A DNA stretch of 64,000 bases from an uncultured Candidatus Bathyarchaeia archaeon. Its GTDB lineage: Archaea; Thermoproteota; Bathyarchaeia; Bathyarchaeales; Bathycorpusculaceae. The stretch's first letter is position 1. Each line of letters starts with the position of its first letter. The notes under the pieces are model-generated. The model ran no database searches. It saw only the letters and a program-made list of their open reading frames with translations, and had not been told where the DNA came from. Positions 49,556 through 58,331 of the stretch are shown here, piece by piece. The DNA is taken from contig CAZAPQ010000126.1 in the NCBI GenBank assembly GCA_964487415.1, forward strand, positions 2,320 to 66,319, in the 5' to 3' direction. Position numbers and translations under genes: made by a program.

Positions 49556-50731
49556 CTAGGAAAGCTTTTGTAGGGCATCAGATATTCGCGCCAAAGCCTC
49601 CTTTATGTTCTCAACCGAATTTGTAAACGACAGGCGTAAATGTCCTTCGCCCTGAGCTCCGAAGGCTGTTCCAGGCAAAACGGCGACACCTGCCTCGTGT
49701 AGTAGATAATCTGCAAGTTTTTGGGATGTCATTTTTGTTTCTTTTATGTTTGGGAATGCATAAAATGTTCCACGAGGTGCCTTGCACTTAATTCCCCTGA
49801 CCTTACTTAATCCTGAAACGATGATGTCTCGGCGTCGTTTAAATTCTTCAATCATCTTTCTGACGCTGTCTTGAGGTCCCCTTAAAGCCTCGATGCCTGC
49901 TACTTGTACAAAGGCGCAGGTACAAGCGTTGGAGTTTATGACAAGTTTTGTAAGAGTTTGGGCTATATCCTTTCGCATAACTCCATATCCAAGCCTCCAT
50001 CCTGTCATAGCGTAAGTCTTAGAGAACCCATCCAAAATTACTGTTCTATCCTTCATCCCGGGAATAGAAGCTATGCTTTCGTGTTCTCCTTCATAGATTA
50101 TTCGGCTGTAAATCTCATCAGAAATTACTATGATGTCATCTCTGTTAGAGATACAGTCCGCTATTAGCCTCAGATCCTCTCTGGTCAAGACCCCTCCAGT
50201 TGGATTTTCTGGCGAGTTTAGTATTACCATCTTAGTTTTCTTAGTTATTTTTTCCTTAACATACTCGTGCTCTATTCTAAAGTCACGATCCTCGTTTTGA
50301 GGAATGGGCACAGGCCTCGCTCCAACGAATTTTATCAGCGACTCGTACGCTGGATATGCAGGGCTTGGATATAGAACCTCCTCGCCAGGGTTCACCAGAG
50401 CTTGTATTAAAAGAAATAGTATTTGCTTGGCGCCTGGACCTACCACAACCTCGTCAGGGTCAACTTCGATTTTTCTGGTTTTTGAGATGTACTCCGCTAT
50501 GGCTTCTCTTAACTCAAAAATTCCAGGCGCTGGAACATAGTGGGTAAATCCTTCGCGAATAGCTTTTATTGCTGCCTCTTTTATATTCTCAGGGGTATCA
50601 AAGTCAGGGTCGCCTATCTCCATATGAATAACTTTTTTCCCACGTCTCTCCAAAGCCTTTGTCTTTGCAAGCATTTCAAAAGAAGCTTCTGTCCCTAGGT
50701 GACTTATTCTATCTGCGAACAACGGTGCCAC
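49556..50731 (-). CDS. Class I/II PLP aminotransferase (aspartate aminotransferase-like)
   Basis: LNSPENPTGGV, DEIYSRIIY, GFSKTYAMTGWRLGY (PLP lysine); GTG start. Confidence 0.85.
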   Translation of the reverse strand: MAPLFADRISHLGTEASFEMLAKTKALERRGKKVIHMEIGDPDFDTPENIKEAAIKAIREGFTHYVPAPGIFELREAIAEYISKTRKIEVDPDEVVVGPGAKQILFLLIQALVNPGEEVLYPSPAYPAYESLIKFVGARPVPIPQNEDRDFRIEHEYVKEKITKKTKMVILNSPENPTGGVLTREDLRLIADCISNRDDIIVISDEIYSRIIYEGEHESIASIPGMKDRTVILDGFSKTYAMTGWRLGYGVMRKDIAQTLTKLVINSNACTCAFVQVAGIEALRGPQDSVRKMIEEFKRRRDIIVSGLSKVRGIKCKAPRGTFYAFPNIKETKMTSQKLADYLLHEAGVAVLPGTAFGAQGEGHLRLSFTNSVENIKEALARISDALQKLS

Positions 50732-50893
50732 TTCGACATCCCCGTTTTTAAGCCGAGTTTATGTAAAAGAAGATATTTAAGCATTCATTCATATAGTTTC
50801 CCCGGCTAAATTCGCTAACGTAAATGGTTCAAAATTTTATAACTAGGCAATAAATTAATTCAAAAATAGCCTTTGAACATAGGAGGATTATAA

Positions 50894-51178
50894 GTGACCG
50901 TGGCTGTGAAATTTTTAGGGAGTTTCCGCAATATTGTCGGGAAGGACGAAATAAACTTGGCTATTCAGCATCCTCTCAAGTTAGAAGATTTCATTAAAAC
51001 AATTATTGAGAAGTGGCCAGCATTGAAAACGGTTCTACCTGATTCGGAATTAAGCTATTTAAAAACATATAGCTTAATATTTGTTAATGGAAAGGAAGTT
51101 AGTGTCCTGAATGGCTTGGATACCATATTAAAAGATGGGGACGAGGTTGTTTTTATACCGGTTTTGCATGGAGGATGA
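50894..51178 (+). CDS. MoaD/ThiS-family ubiquitin-like small protein (C-terminal GG)
   Basis: 94 aa ending VFIPVLHGG; GTG start behind GGAGGA. Confidence 0.65.
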   Translation: MTVAVKFLGSFRNIVGKDEINLAIQHPLKLEDFIKTIIEKWPALKTVLPDSELSYLKTYSLIFVNGKEVSVLNGLDTILKDGDEVVFIPVLHGG

Positions 51179-51239
51179 CTGGAAAAGTTTATGCGGTGCA
51201 ATGTTTACCACAATGTAGTAAAGCTTAATACTTAAGAGC

Positions 51240-51575
51240 ATGATTGCTTTACTGGAGAGTGGTTTGGGTAAGGCTGCTTGGCAAACTCCACTTTACATAT
51301 CAGTCGCTTGGATCCTAATGACCAGTTATCAAATGTTTACTCAGACAGCGGTTACAACATTAGTTACATACATTAACATGCTTTGGCCTCAATTGGGATC
51401 ATGGCTCATATACCGCGTCGATTTGATTATCTCTGTATGCGCCTTTGCATGGGTTTTCGTCGTTTCATCAGCTATCCCAAGCATTATCCTTGGAAAGGAA
51501 AGAGGCGTGCTTCTACAGTTCGCAGTGTGTTTGATATTAACCTTTTTAGCCTTTGTAGTCTTTGACATATTGTAG
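51240..51575 (+). CDS. Hypothetical polytopic membrane protein (N-terminal part, up to in-frame TAG)
   Basis: 111 aa with 3-4 hydrophobic helices. The same frame stays open and membrane-protein-like after TAG 51573-51575. Confidence 0.5.
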   Translation: MIALLESGLGKAAWQTPLYISVAWILMTSYQMFTQTAVTTLVTYINMLWPQLGSWLIYRVDLIISVCAFAWVFVVSSAIPSIILGKERGVLLQFAVCLILTFLAFVVFDIL

Positions 51576-51797
51576 TCATGGAGTGCCAGCATAGATCCTA
51601 TCAGGTACTTTCTTGGTTTTGCTTTGTTGTTGAAGAATCCTTTTTCTGCGTTTGCATATCTTATCGCACCTTACGCTTTGATGATTGCCATAGACCTCCA
51701 TGGTAGAAGGAAGCTTAAAAAAGAAATGGAACGACTAGAAAAGTTAACAGAGAATTATTTGCAGAATGTTATTGTTAAGCGAAATGTCCAGGAGTAA
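51576..51797 (+). other. In-frame continuation of the membrane-protein reading frame after the TAG (73 codons, no start codon of its own near its 5' end)
   Basis: SWSASIDPIRYFLGFALLLKNPFSAFAYLIAPYALMIAIDLHGRRKLKKEMERLEKL.. contains two more TM-like segments. It ends at TAA 51795-51797, overlapping the next gene's ATG (51784). Confidence 0.4.
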
Positions 51798-52605
51798 AGT
51801 GCGAAGAAACCTGCATCCCATAATAACATTAACCACAGACTTTGGATTGTCAGATCCTTATGTTGCTGAAATGAAAGCCGTTATTTTAGGGATAAATCCA
51901 AACGCCAAAATAGTGGACATAAGTCATCAAATAGAAAAGTTTAATGTCAGAATGGGTGCTTATATTTTAGCTTCGGCTGCACAATATTTTCCAAAGGGCA
52001 CAATACATGTAGCTGTCATAGATCCTGGTGTAGGAACAACGCGCAGTCCGCTACTCGTGGAGACAAATGATTATTTCTTCATAGGTCCTGATAATGGAGT
52101 CTTAGCCTTGGCTGTCAGCAAGCAAGGTGTAAAAAGTGTATATATGATAACTAATCCTAAATTCATGCTCCCTAAAGTATCCGCGACATTTCATGGGCGA
52201 GACCTTTTCGCACCGGCTGCAGCCTTTCTTTCAAAAGGAGTTTCCCCGCAAGAATTTGGCCCTAAAATTTGTAATATGTTTTCACCAGAATTCGCAAAGA
52301 TCATTAAAATGGAAAGCCTATTTGTAGGCGAAGTTATTTACGTGGATAGTTTTGGAAACATAATCACAAATTTTACTGACGAGGATGTTAAATCAGCTGT
52401 TACTGACGGGTTTATACATGTTAAGCTTGGAAAAAATGAGCTAAAGCTGAAGATTTGTAAAGCCTACGCAGAGGTTGAACCATTAAAACCTCTGGCAATA
52501 ATCGGAAGTCATGACTTCTTGGAGATATCGATAAACCAGGGGAATGCTGCTGAGACATTTGGAATAAAAGCTGGGGATAAGGTTACACTTTATCGCTCTT
52601 TGTAA
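51784..52605 (+). CDS. SAM hydroxide adenosyltransferase / DUF62 (SalL/FlA-like) family protein
   Basis: ITLTTDFGLSDPYVAEMKAVI, VIDPGVGT, FHGRDLFAP motifs; start set at ATG 51784. Confidence 0.75.
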   Translation: MSRSKVRRNLHPIITLTTDFGLSDPYVAEMKAVILGINPNAKIVDISHQIEKFNVRMGAYILASAAQYFPKGTIHVAVIDPGVGTTRSPLLVETNDYFFIGPDNGVLALAVSKQGVKSVYMITNPKFMLPKVSATFHGRDLFAPAAAFLSKGVSPQEFGPKICNMFSPEFAKIIKMESLFVGEVIYVDSFGNIITNFTDEDVKSAVTDGFIHVKLGKNELKLKICKAYAEVEPLKPLAIIGSHDFLEISINQGNAAETFGIKAGDKVTLYRSL

Positions 52606-53107
52606 GGTCCCTTAGCCTCCTGTCTCCCTCAATTTCTTTTATAAATTCAGCAACACTTTTCGGTACAAGTTCCTCCCAGTTTTCTCCATTTAGCATGCGT
52701 TTTCTGATCTCGGTGGCGGAGTATACCTCACGCTTATGATATTGTATCTCCTTAACCCTGTAGCCAGCCTCTATAAATAGTCTCCGGGTGAGCGGCTCAT
52801 TTGAATACACAATGTCAAAGCGTGGAGTGTAACCCTCAACAACTGAAACCCAAACCATGTGTATGTGTATGTCTGGAACTGGCACAATCCAAATGCGTTT
52901 AAGGTCTATTCCTGCTTCCTCTAGGGCTCTTCTAATCATGACAATTCTTTCGCCTGTTGTGAAGGGATTTTCAATTCGATGGCTATACTGGGCGCTGCCC
53001 ACAACAATTATCAGCTCGTCAACCTCATTTAAAATATCCTTTACAACGTTTAGATGTCCTAAGTGAAAAGGCTGAAACCTTCCGACGAAAAGCCCCCGTT
53101 TAACCAT
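52583..53107 (-). CDS. nadM: Nicotinamide-nucleotide adenylyltransferase, archaeal type
   Basis: RGLFVGRFQPFHLGHL (HxGH) and SATEIRKRM; 174 aa. Confidence 0.85.
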   Translation of the reverse strand: MVKRGLFVGRFQPFHLGHLNVVKDILNEVDELIIVVGSAQYSHRIENPFTTGERIVMIRRALEEAGIDLKRIWIVPVPDIHIHMVWVSVVEGYTPRFDIVYSNEPLTRRLFIEAGYRVKEIQYHKREVYSATEIRKRMLNGENWEELVPKSVAEFIKEIEGDRRLRDLTKSDKV

Positions 53108-53140
53108 AAATATCCCCCTTTGAGGTTAACAAGCCCATTT

Positions 53141-53788
53141 TTATTTTTTACGCCCTACAATAGACCGCTTTTTATACTTATTTAAAAGAATTTCAACAGG
53201 AAAAACCCGGATATATGCATCATCCACTGAAATGTTTTTCTCGCCGGGAAATCCTCTCTTTTCGCGGCTTAAAATCCCAAGCTTAACTTCTATGCCTTCG
53301 CCATAACCGCCTGGGGTGAAATCTGCTGCGATGACCCTATGACATGGGATAATTAACGGGAAAGGATTAGACATCATCACCTTGCCTACTGCCCTTGGGC
53401 TTCCTCCAACAGCTTCTGCAATGGAACCATACGAGGTCACATAACCTGTCGGAATTAAGGACGTAGCCCTAAGAACTCTCCTCGTATATTCTGATAGATG
53501 TTCCGCTGCTAGGTTAAAGTTTATAGAAACTTCCTTTCCATTGTAAATATCTCTAAGCGTGCTTATCACCCGCTTAGCGAATTCCGAGGTCATGTCGGAG
53601 TGTTCAAAGGGGACATTAAATGGGATTTTTGCCAGCAAATTTTGTAAAACACGCTTTTCGTTAAAGGCGAAAGCTGTTGCAAAAATTCTTCCTTCATCAT
53701 AAGCAAGCCCATACCATACCCCATCGAGGTTTTCAACGTATAATGTTATTTCCCCGTTTTTGTCCCTCCTTATGTCTGGAACATCCAT
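53141..53788 (-). CDS. ogt: Methylated-DNA--protein-cysteine methyltransferase with extended N-terminal domain
   Basis: IIPCHRVI active-site motif, SYGSIAEAVGGSPRAVG helix; 215 aa. Confidence 0.7.
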   Translation of the reverse strand: MDVPDIRRDKNGEITLYVENLDGVWYGLAYDEGRIFATAFAFNEKRVLQNLLAKIPFNVPFEHSDMTSEFAKRVISTLRDIYNGKEVSINFNLAAEHLSEYTRRVLRATSLIPTGYVTSYGSIAEAVGGSPRAVGKVMMSNPFPLIIPCHRVIAADFTPGGYGEGIEVKLGILSREKRGFPGEKNISVDDAYIRVFPVEILLNKYKKRSIVGRKK

Positions 53789-53895
53789 CGTCTAATTCTT
53801 TTAAGCATGGAGAATGCGCAACATTAAGTTTAATAGGACGGTTTATATATGACTTTTCACCAGTGAGGGTGAAATATTTGGAAATTGGAGGACAG

Positions 53896-54498
53896 ATGCC
53901 CCAATATTTGTGGGTTCCAGGCGCCACCACAGTTGGAGTGGTGTGTAGCGACGGTGTTATACTCGCCTCTGAGAAACGCGTTTCCTATGGATATCTAGTC
54001 GTCAGCCGGGGCGGGAAGAAGGTCTTTAAGATAACTGATCGCATTGGAGCGGCGTGCGCTGGGCTTGTTTCTGATATGCAGATACTTATTCGAGAAGTTG
54101 AAGCCTACGCGAACCTGTACAGTCTAGAAGTTGGCCGATCCATTCCTGTTCGATCCGCTGCAAAGCTTATGTCAAACCTACTTTTCGCGAATAGGCTTAC
54201 ACCCCTGATAACTCAGACCATCGTAGGAGGATTAGATGAGGAAGGCCCCTCCCTTTACGTGCTTGATGTATTAGGGTCTGTTATTCCCGACAAGTTTGCC
54301 GTGGTGGGTTCTGGGACGGAGATTGCCATGGGTGTTCTAGAAGAGGGATACCGTGAAGGTTTAGACCTTAAGCAAGGAAGGGAACTTGTTGTAAGGGCAA
54401 TAAAGTCCGCTATAAGCCGAGATATAATGAGCGGTGATGGCATAGACTTTTTGTTTGTAATGAAGGATGGCATTCGGGAGGAATCAATAAAATTCTAG
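53896..54498 (+). CDS. psmB: Proteasome beta subunit
   Basis: ATG behind GGAGGA. Short propeptide then GATTVGVVCSDGVILASEKR (Thr1). The ORF-track extension overlaps ogt and is rejected. Confidence 0.9.
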   Translation: MPQYLWVPGATTVGVVCSDGVILASEKRVSYGYLVVSRGGKKVFKITDRIGAACAGLVSDMQILIREVEAYANLYSLEVGRSIPVRSAAKLMSNLLFANRLTPLITQTIVGGLDEEGPSLYVLDVLGSVIPDKFAVVGSGTEIAMGVLEEGYREGLDLKQGRELVVRAIKSAISRDIMSGDGIDFLFVMKDGIREESIKF

Positions 54499-54534
54499 TT
54501 TATGGTTTTTGATAATTAACCGAGGCTGTTTCCC

Positions 54535-55161
54535 GTGTCCTTTGATATTAGTCTTGAGGAAGGTATATTTCTCGTCAAACTTGCACGTGCTGCGGTTGAG
54601 GAATATCTTAAAAAACATAGGCGCATCCATGTTCCAGAAGGCACACCAGAAAAGCTGATGCAGCCATGTGGAGTTTTTGTAACAATAAACAAAATTGAAA
54701 ATGGGCAGAAGGATTTACGGGGCTGCATAGGATACCCTTACCCAACAAATCCTTTAGCCGAGGCCGTCATAGACTCTGCAATAAGCTCCGCGACAAGCGA
54801 TCCACGCTTCTATCCGCTTTCCTTAGACGAGCTTGACGGCGTAGTTTTTGAGGTAAGCGTTCTAACACCACCCCAACTAGTGGAAGTTGAGAAACCCATA
54901 GATTATCCCTCAAAAATTAAAATTGGGCGAGACGGACTAATAATTGAGAAAGGATTTTATAAAGGATTATTGCTTCCCCAAGTTCCTATAGAATGGGGCT
55001 GGAATGAAGAGGAATTTCTCTGTCAGTGTTGCATTAAGGCTGGTCTGCCTCCAGATTGCTGGCTAATGAAAGGTACAAAAGTCTATAAATTCCAAGCCGT
55101 AATCTTTGAAGAAGAGAGTCCTGGCGGTGAGATAAAACGCAAGATCATTGAAAAAGAATAA
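54535..55161 (+). CDS. AMMECR1-domain protein (AmmeMemoRadiSam system protein A)
   Basis: CGVFVTI..LRGCIGYPYP..DPRF..FEVSVLT..GLLLPQV motifs; GTG start. Confidence 0.85.
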   Translation: MSFDISLEEGIFLVKLARAAVEEYLKKHRRIHVPEGTPEKLMQPCGVFVTINKIENGQKDLRGCIGYPYPTNPLAEAVIDSAISSATSDPRFYPLSLDELDGVVFEVSVLTPPQLVEVEKPIDYPSKIKIGRDGLIIEKGFYKGLLLPQVPIEWGWNEEEFLCQCCIKAGLPPDCWLMKGTKVYKFQAVIFEEESPGGEIKRKIIEKE

Positions 55162-55171
55162 ACTTGAGCTA

Positions 55172-56314
55172 CTATCCCCCTATCTCCTCTATGATTTTTA
55201 TTGTCTTCTCCAAGCCATTAAACCTATTGGAATACTTATTTAATCGTCGCAAATTATCTTTGAAGAACTCTCTTTCTTTCTCGATTTCCTGAATTGCATG
55301 CTTTAACTCTTCCTTATCTTTCGCGATCAAGGCGCAGTTTAAATCTCGCAGTTTTTTGGCATTTCCGACCTGCTCGGGCTGTGTAGGAATGCAGATGCTA
55401 GGCTTCATATACTTTATCACTTCAAAGCATGTGCTATGTCCCCCGCTGAAAATCACCATTTTGCAGTTGGCCATGAGTTCTTGGCGTTTTTCTGGAGCGA
55501 GCCACGAGTATAATGTGCAGTTTCCAATTTTTGTGCTTCTATTATTTTCCCTAGCTTCTCCGAGACTTACTATGCTTTTCACGTTCAGGCTACTTAAAAC
55601 TGGGATTATAATTTGCATGAGCCTAGTTTTTGTTCCTAAAGGGCCACTTATAGAGGCGAAAATATGTTCCTCCGATCCTTTTACTGGTGTGATATCGAAG
55701 AAAGTGCCTACAAATTCAACCCTGTCTCTTATTCCTATGTCATCCAAGTCACCGATATTATACTCGCATATTGTATAGGGCATTGGATTGTCCGGAATGA
55801 TCACTTTTGAGCATTTTTTAATATAACGCTCAACGAATCTCTCTCCTGGGGTAAGTACACGAGCAAAACCATAGCGTGGTCTAATAAGGTTTGTTACGTA
55901 AATGGCTGGGATTCTCCATCTTTGTGCTAGCCTTAACGCATGAAGATCGCCGTCCGAAATAATCAGGTTTGGCCTGATTTTTCTGATTTTACCTCTAAGA
56001 TCATAGTAACGTCTTATAGTTTCTATGGCGCTTGGCGTTTTTATTTCAAATCCCCTGTTTTCTGGATTAAAACGCGGTATTGGGAATAATATATTTAGAA
56101 TAGAAGCTGAAGTAATTATTCCATAAGAATTTTCATACCAAGCCACAGGCGTACAATGATAGACGTTTCTGAACTCCTTTCTTAGAAGCTTGTACGCCTT
56201 TCCTCCAGAATAGAAGAACAACTCGTTTCCCTTTTCCTCCAACATCCTTCCTAGGCGCATAATTCTTGATAGGTGCCCGAGTCCAAGTTCGTTACAGCTA
56301 AGCATCAATCGCAT
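55172..56314 (-). CDS. Glycosyltransferase (GT-B fold, MurG/GT28 C-terminal-like)
   Basis: N-terminal CNELGLGHLSRIMRLG and C-terminal SGGHSTCFE pattern; start set at ATG 56314. Confidence 0.6.
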   Translation of the reverse strand: MRLMLSCNELGLGHLSRIMRLGRMLEEKGNELFFYSGGKAYKLLRKEFRNVYHCTPVAWYENSYGIITSASILNILFPIPRFNPENRGFEIKTPSAIETIRRYYDLRGKIRKIRPNLIISDGDLHALRLAQRWRIPAIYVTNLIRPRYGFARVLTPGERFVERYIKKCSKVIIPDNPMPYTICEYNIGDLDDIGIRDRVEFVGTFFDITPVKGSEEHIFASISGPLGTKTRLMQIIIPVLSSLNVKSIVSLGEARENNRSTKIGNCTLYSWLAPEKRQELMANCKMVIFSGGHSTCFEVIKYMKPSICIPTQPEQVGNAKKLRDLNCALIAKDKEELKHAIQEIEKEREFFKDNLRRLNKYSNRFNGLEKTIKIIEEIGG

Positions 56315-56465
56315 AGTTCTTCGCATGCATAAATTGTCCAATAAACTTATTTCAATTATCCTTACCCTTAATTAATTACTGGTAAACAGCCGTATCGCTT
56401 GAGTGTTATTGATTATGTTAGGGTCTATGGGGTCAAATTTATGGAGTAGATTCTGGTAATTATCC

Positions 56466-57185
56466 TTATAATCCTCTAAAATTTCCTTTTGAAGTTATTT
56501 TTAATGTCCTAAACCCCCTTGCGTAGGAATTCAACATTTCCATGATATTAACGTGTTCCAGTACCATTTGGTTGTCTCTTGCATACCCCTTTATATCATG
56601 TTCCGCAGTCTTAAGAGAGTATAGGCAACACGTATCTCCAACAATTTTGTGTTGACATTCTGAAGGTAAACCCAAAAACACTGGATTAGTAGCGTCTATA
56701 GCTTTTTCTGAAGCATACACTATGGCATGGGCTCCTGCTGTAAGTTCCGCGATCCTTATGGGGACGCTTTCTTTACCTATTGCCAAAACTTCAATGCCAT
56801 GCTTTTGTCTTATGTCAACCGCAATTTTCTTAAGCTTTGGAAGTAGTTTCAGAAGATTATTTTTGGCTTCACCGGAGATTCTTAAGCCTGAAAAGTGTAT
56901 TGACGAAAGCTCTTCAACGGGCGTTGCGCCTAAAGTCATGTCTAAATGTATGACATCGGCGTCGAAATTTGCTAGGAGTTCCATGCATAATTTCACTTCA
57001 TGTAAAACAAGGTTATGACTAGCTTTGACATCCTCAAAAATTGGTTCGGCTAAAAATGCCTTTGGCTCTCTACATGGTGGGTTAACCAAAACTGCTGCTG
57101 CAGCAACTACGGATTGTGGCTGAAATTTTTCATTTAATATTGCTGATGAGGAATCAGCCGCGATAATTCTCAATGCTTTCACCAT
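56466..57185 (-). CDS. Conserved archaeal hypothetical protein (DUF4152-like?; possible RNase H-like fold)
   Basis: 239 aa; acidic residues in IIAADSSS and VIHLDMTLG contexts. The assignment is weak. Confidence 0.35.
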   Translation of the reverse strand: MVKALRIIAADSSSAILNEKFQPQSVVAAAAVLVNPPCREPKAFLAEPIFEDVKASHNLVLHEVKLCMELLANFDADVIHLDMTLGATPVEELSSIHFSGLRISGEAKNNLLKLLPKLKKIAVDIRQKHGIEVLAIGKESVPIRIAELTAGAHAIVYASEKAIDATNPVFLGLPSECQHKIVGDTCCLYSLKTAEHDIKGYARDNQMVLEHVNIMEMLNSYARGFRTLKITSKGNFRGL

Positions 57186-57235
57186 GCTTGTTGCAATATT
57201 TACTGCATTTTTAATAAATGGCTTTTCAAGACGGG

Positions 57236-57853
57236 CTAAAACTCAGGCTTTCTAAGGTGTAGCCCCAATATGAAAATCTCTGAGCTTTTTGCCCTACTTG
57301 CTTCAGGCTTAATTAATTTTACATCCTCGAAATACTGCCTCACATTTTCAATAAAGTCTTTCAGCATATCTCCTTCAAAAACCTTGACAAAGAAGTTGCC
57401 CCTAGGCTTTAAAACTTCAATTGCTATTTTTAAGGCTGCCTGTGCGCAGTCTATTTGCCGAGCATGATCAACCTCCCATATGCCTGAGATATTTGGAGAA
57501 ACATCTGAAACCACAACATCCGCTTTTCTAGGCAAAATCTCCATTATGGCTTGAACAGTTTCCTTTTCAGTTATGTCTCCAATAATCGTCTTTATGTTGT
57601 CCTCAGGGAAAGGTTCTATAGGTTTTAAATCAACTCCAAGAATGAAACCGTTCGATCCGACAATTTTCCTAACTGCTTGAATCCAACCTCCAGGAGCAGC
57701 GCCTAAATCCACGACAACGTCTTTACTTTTGATGAAATGATATTTCTCTACAGCTTGCAGCAGTTTATAGGCTGCCCTCGAGCGATAGTTTTCCTCCTTA
57801 GCCTTTCTATAATAGTAGTCCCTTTTCCGCTCCTGGAGCCATGCCTTAGGCAA
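57236..57853 (-). CDS. rlmE: 23S rRNA 2'-O-ribose methyltransferase RlmE/FtsJ
   Basis: YRSRAAYKLLQ..VVDLGAAPGGWIQ..VVSDVSPNISG..KVFEG motifs. Confidence 0.85.
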   Translation of the reverse strand: MPKAWLQERKRDYYYRKAKEENYRSRAAYKLLQAVEKYHFIKSKDVVVDLGAAPGGWIQAVRKIVGSNGFILGVDLKPIEPFPEDNIKTIIGDITEKETVQAIMEILPRKADVVVSDVSPNISGIWEVDHARQIDCAQAALKIAIEVLKPRGNFFVKVFEGDMLKDFIENVRQYFEDVKLIKPEASRAKSSEIFILGLHLRKPEF

Positions 57854-57873
57854 AACTGATCTTCACCTAATGT

Positions 57874-58254
57874 TCAACCCTGTTCCTTTTCAGCTTCATG
57901 AAGAAGCCATTCAGTAAGCTTGCTGCAATTCTGCGGAGTTACTGCACCTGCTGGGCCGCACCTTTGACTCTCAGGACACAGCATACAAGGAGAGTCCTCT
58001 ATGGAGCTTATAGAAGCTGGAAGCCTTTTTGGATAAAGCCTATAGGTCCATCTTCCATCGCAGAGCTCTTTTTCTCTTCTTATGAGCCCCTTGCTTTCCA
58101 GTTTCAGTGCTATTCTTGAGCCCTCCCTACTGCTCGCCCCAAGTTTCCTCCATAATTCAGACTGAAGCATTCCCTCATTTCCACTGCTTGTTATTATCTG
58201 CAGGGCTCTTTGTTCTAAATCGTTATGCCTACGCATATTTCCCGTCACTTTCAT
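57874..58254 (-). CDS. Winged-helix protein with C-terminal 4-Cys motif; possible TFE-beta (RPC34/TFIIE-beta-like)
   Basis: WH segment MLQSELWRKLGASSREGSRIALKLESKGLIRRE, then CMLCPESQRCGPAGAVTPQNC (C-x2-C-x6-C-x11-C). Confidence 0.4.
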   Translation of the reverse strand: MKVTGNMRRHNDLEQRALQIITSSGNEGMLQSELWRKLGASSREGSRIALKLESKGLIRREKELCDGRWTYRLYPKRLPASISSIEDSPCMLCPESQRCGPAGAVTPQNCSKLTEWLLHEAEKEQG

Positions 58255-58331
58255 TCTTATATTTAGGATCTCTTAAAGTAAAAACGTTTATCAAAAATAA
58301 AACAGTTTACGCTCAGTGAAAGGAAAGTAAA

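Noticed and set aside
51578-51706. A Cys-rich 42-aa ORF (MECQHRSYQVLSWFCF..) in the +1 frame just after the membrane-protein TAG.
   Set aside because: It is short and has no Shine-Dalgarno. The in-frame continuation gives a far more protein-like, TM-helical translation.
53677-53895. The 73-codon N-terminal extension of the proteasome beta ORF given in the ORF track.
   Set aside because: It overlaps the ogt 5' region on the other strand. ATG 53896 has a GGAGGA Shine-Dalgarno and gives a normal short propeptide before Thr1.
57143-57160. Hammerhead-like CUGAUGAG with a CTGAT/ATCAG inverted repeat.
   Set aside because: It lies antisense inside a CDS and lacks the GAAA core and the other two stems. 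It is just a 5-bp hairpin.
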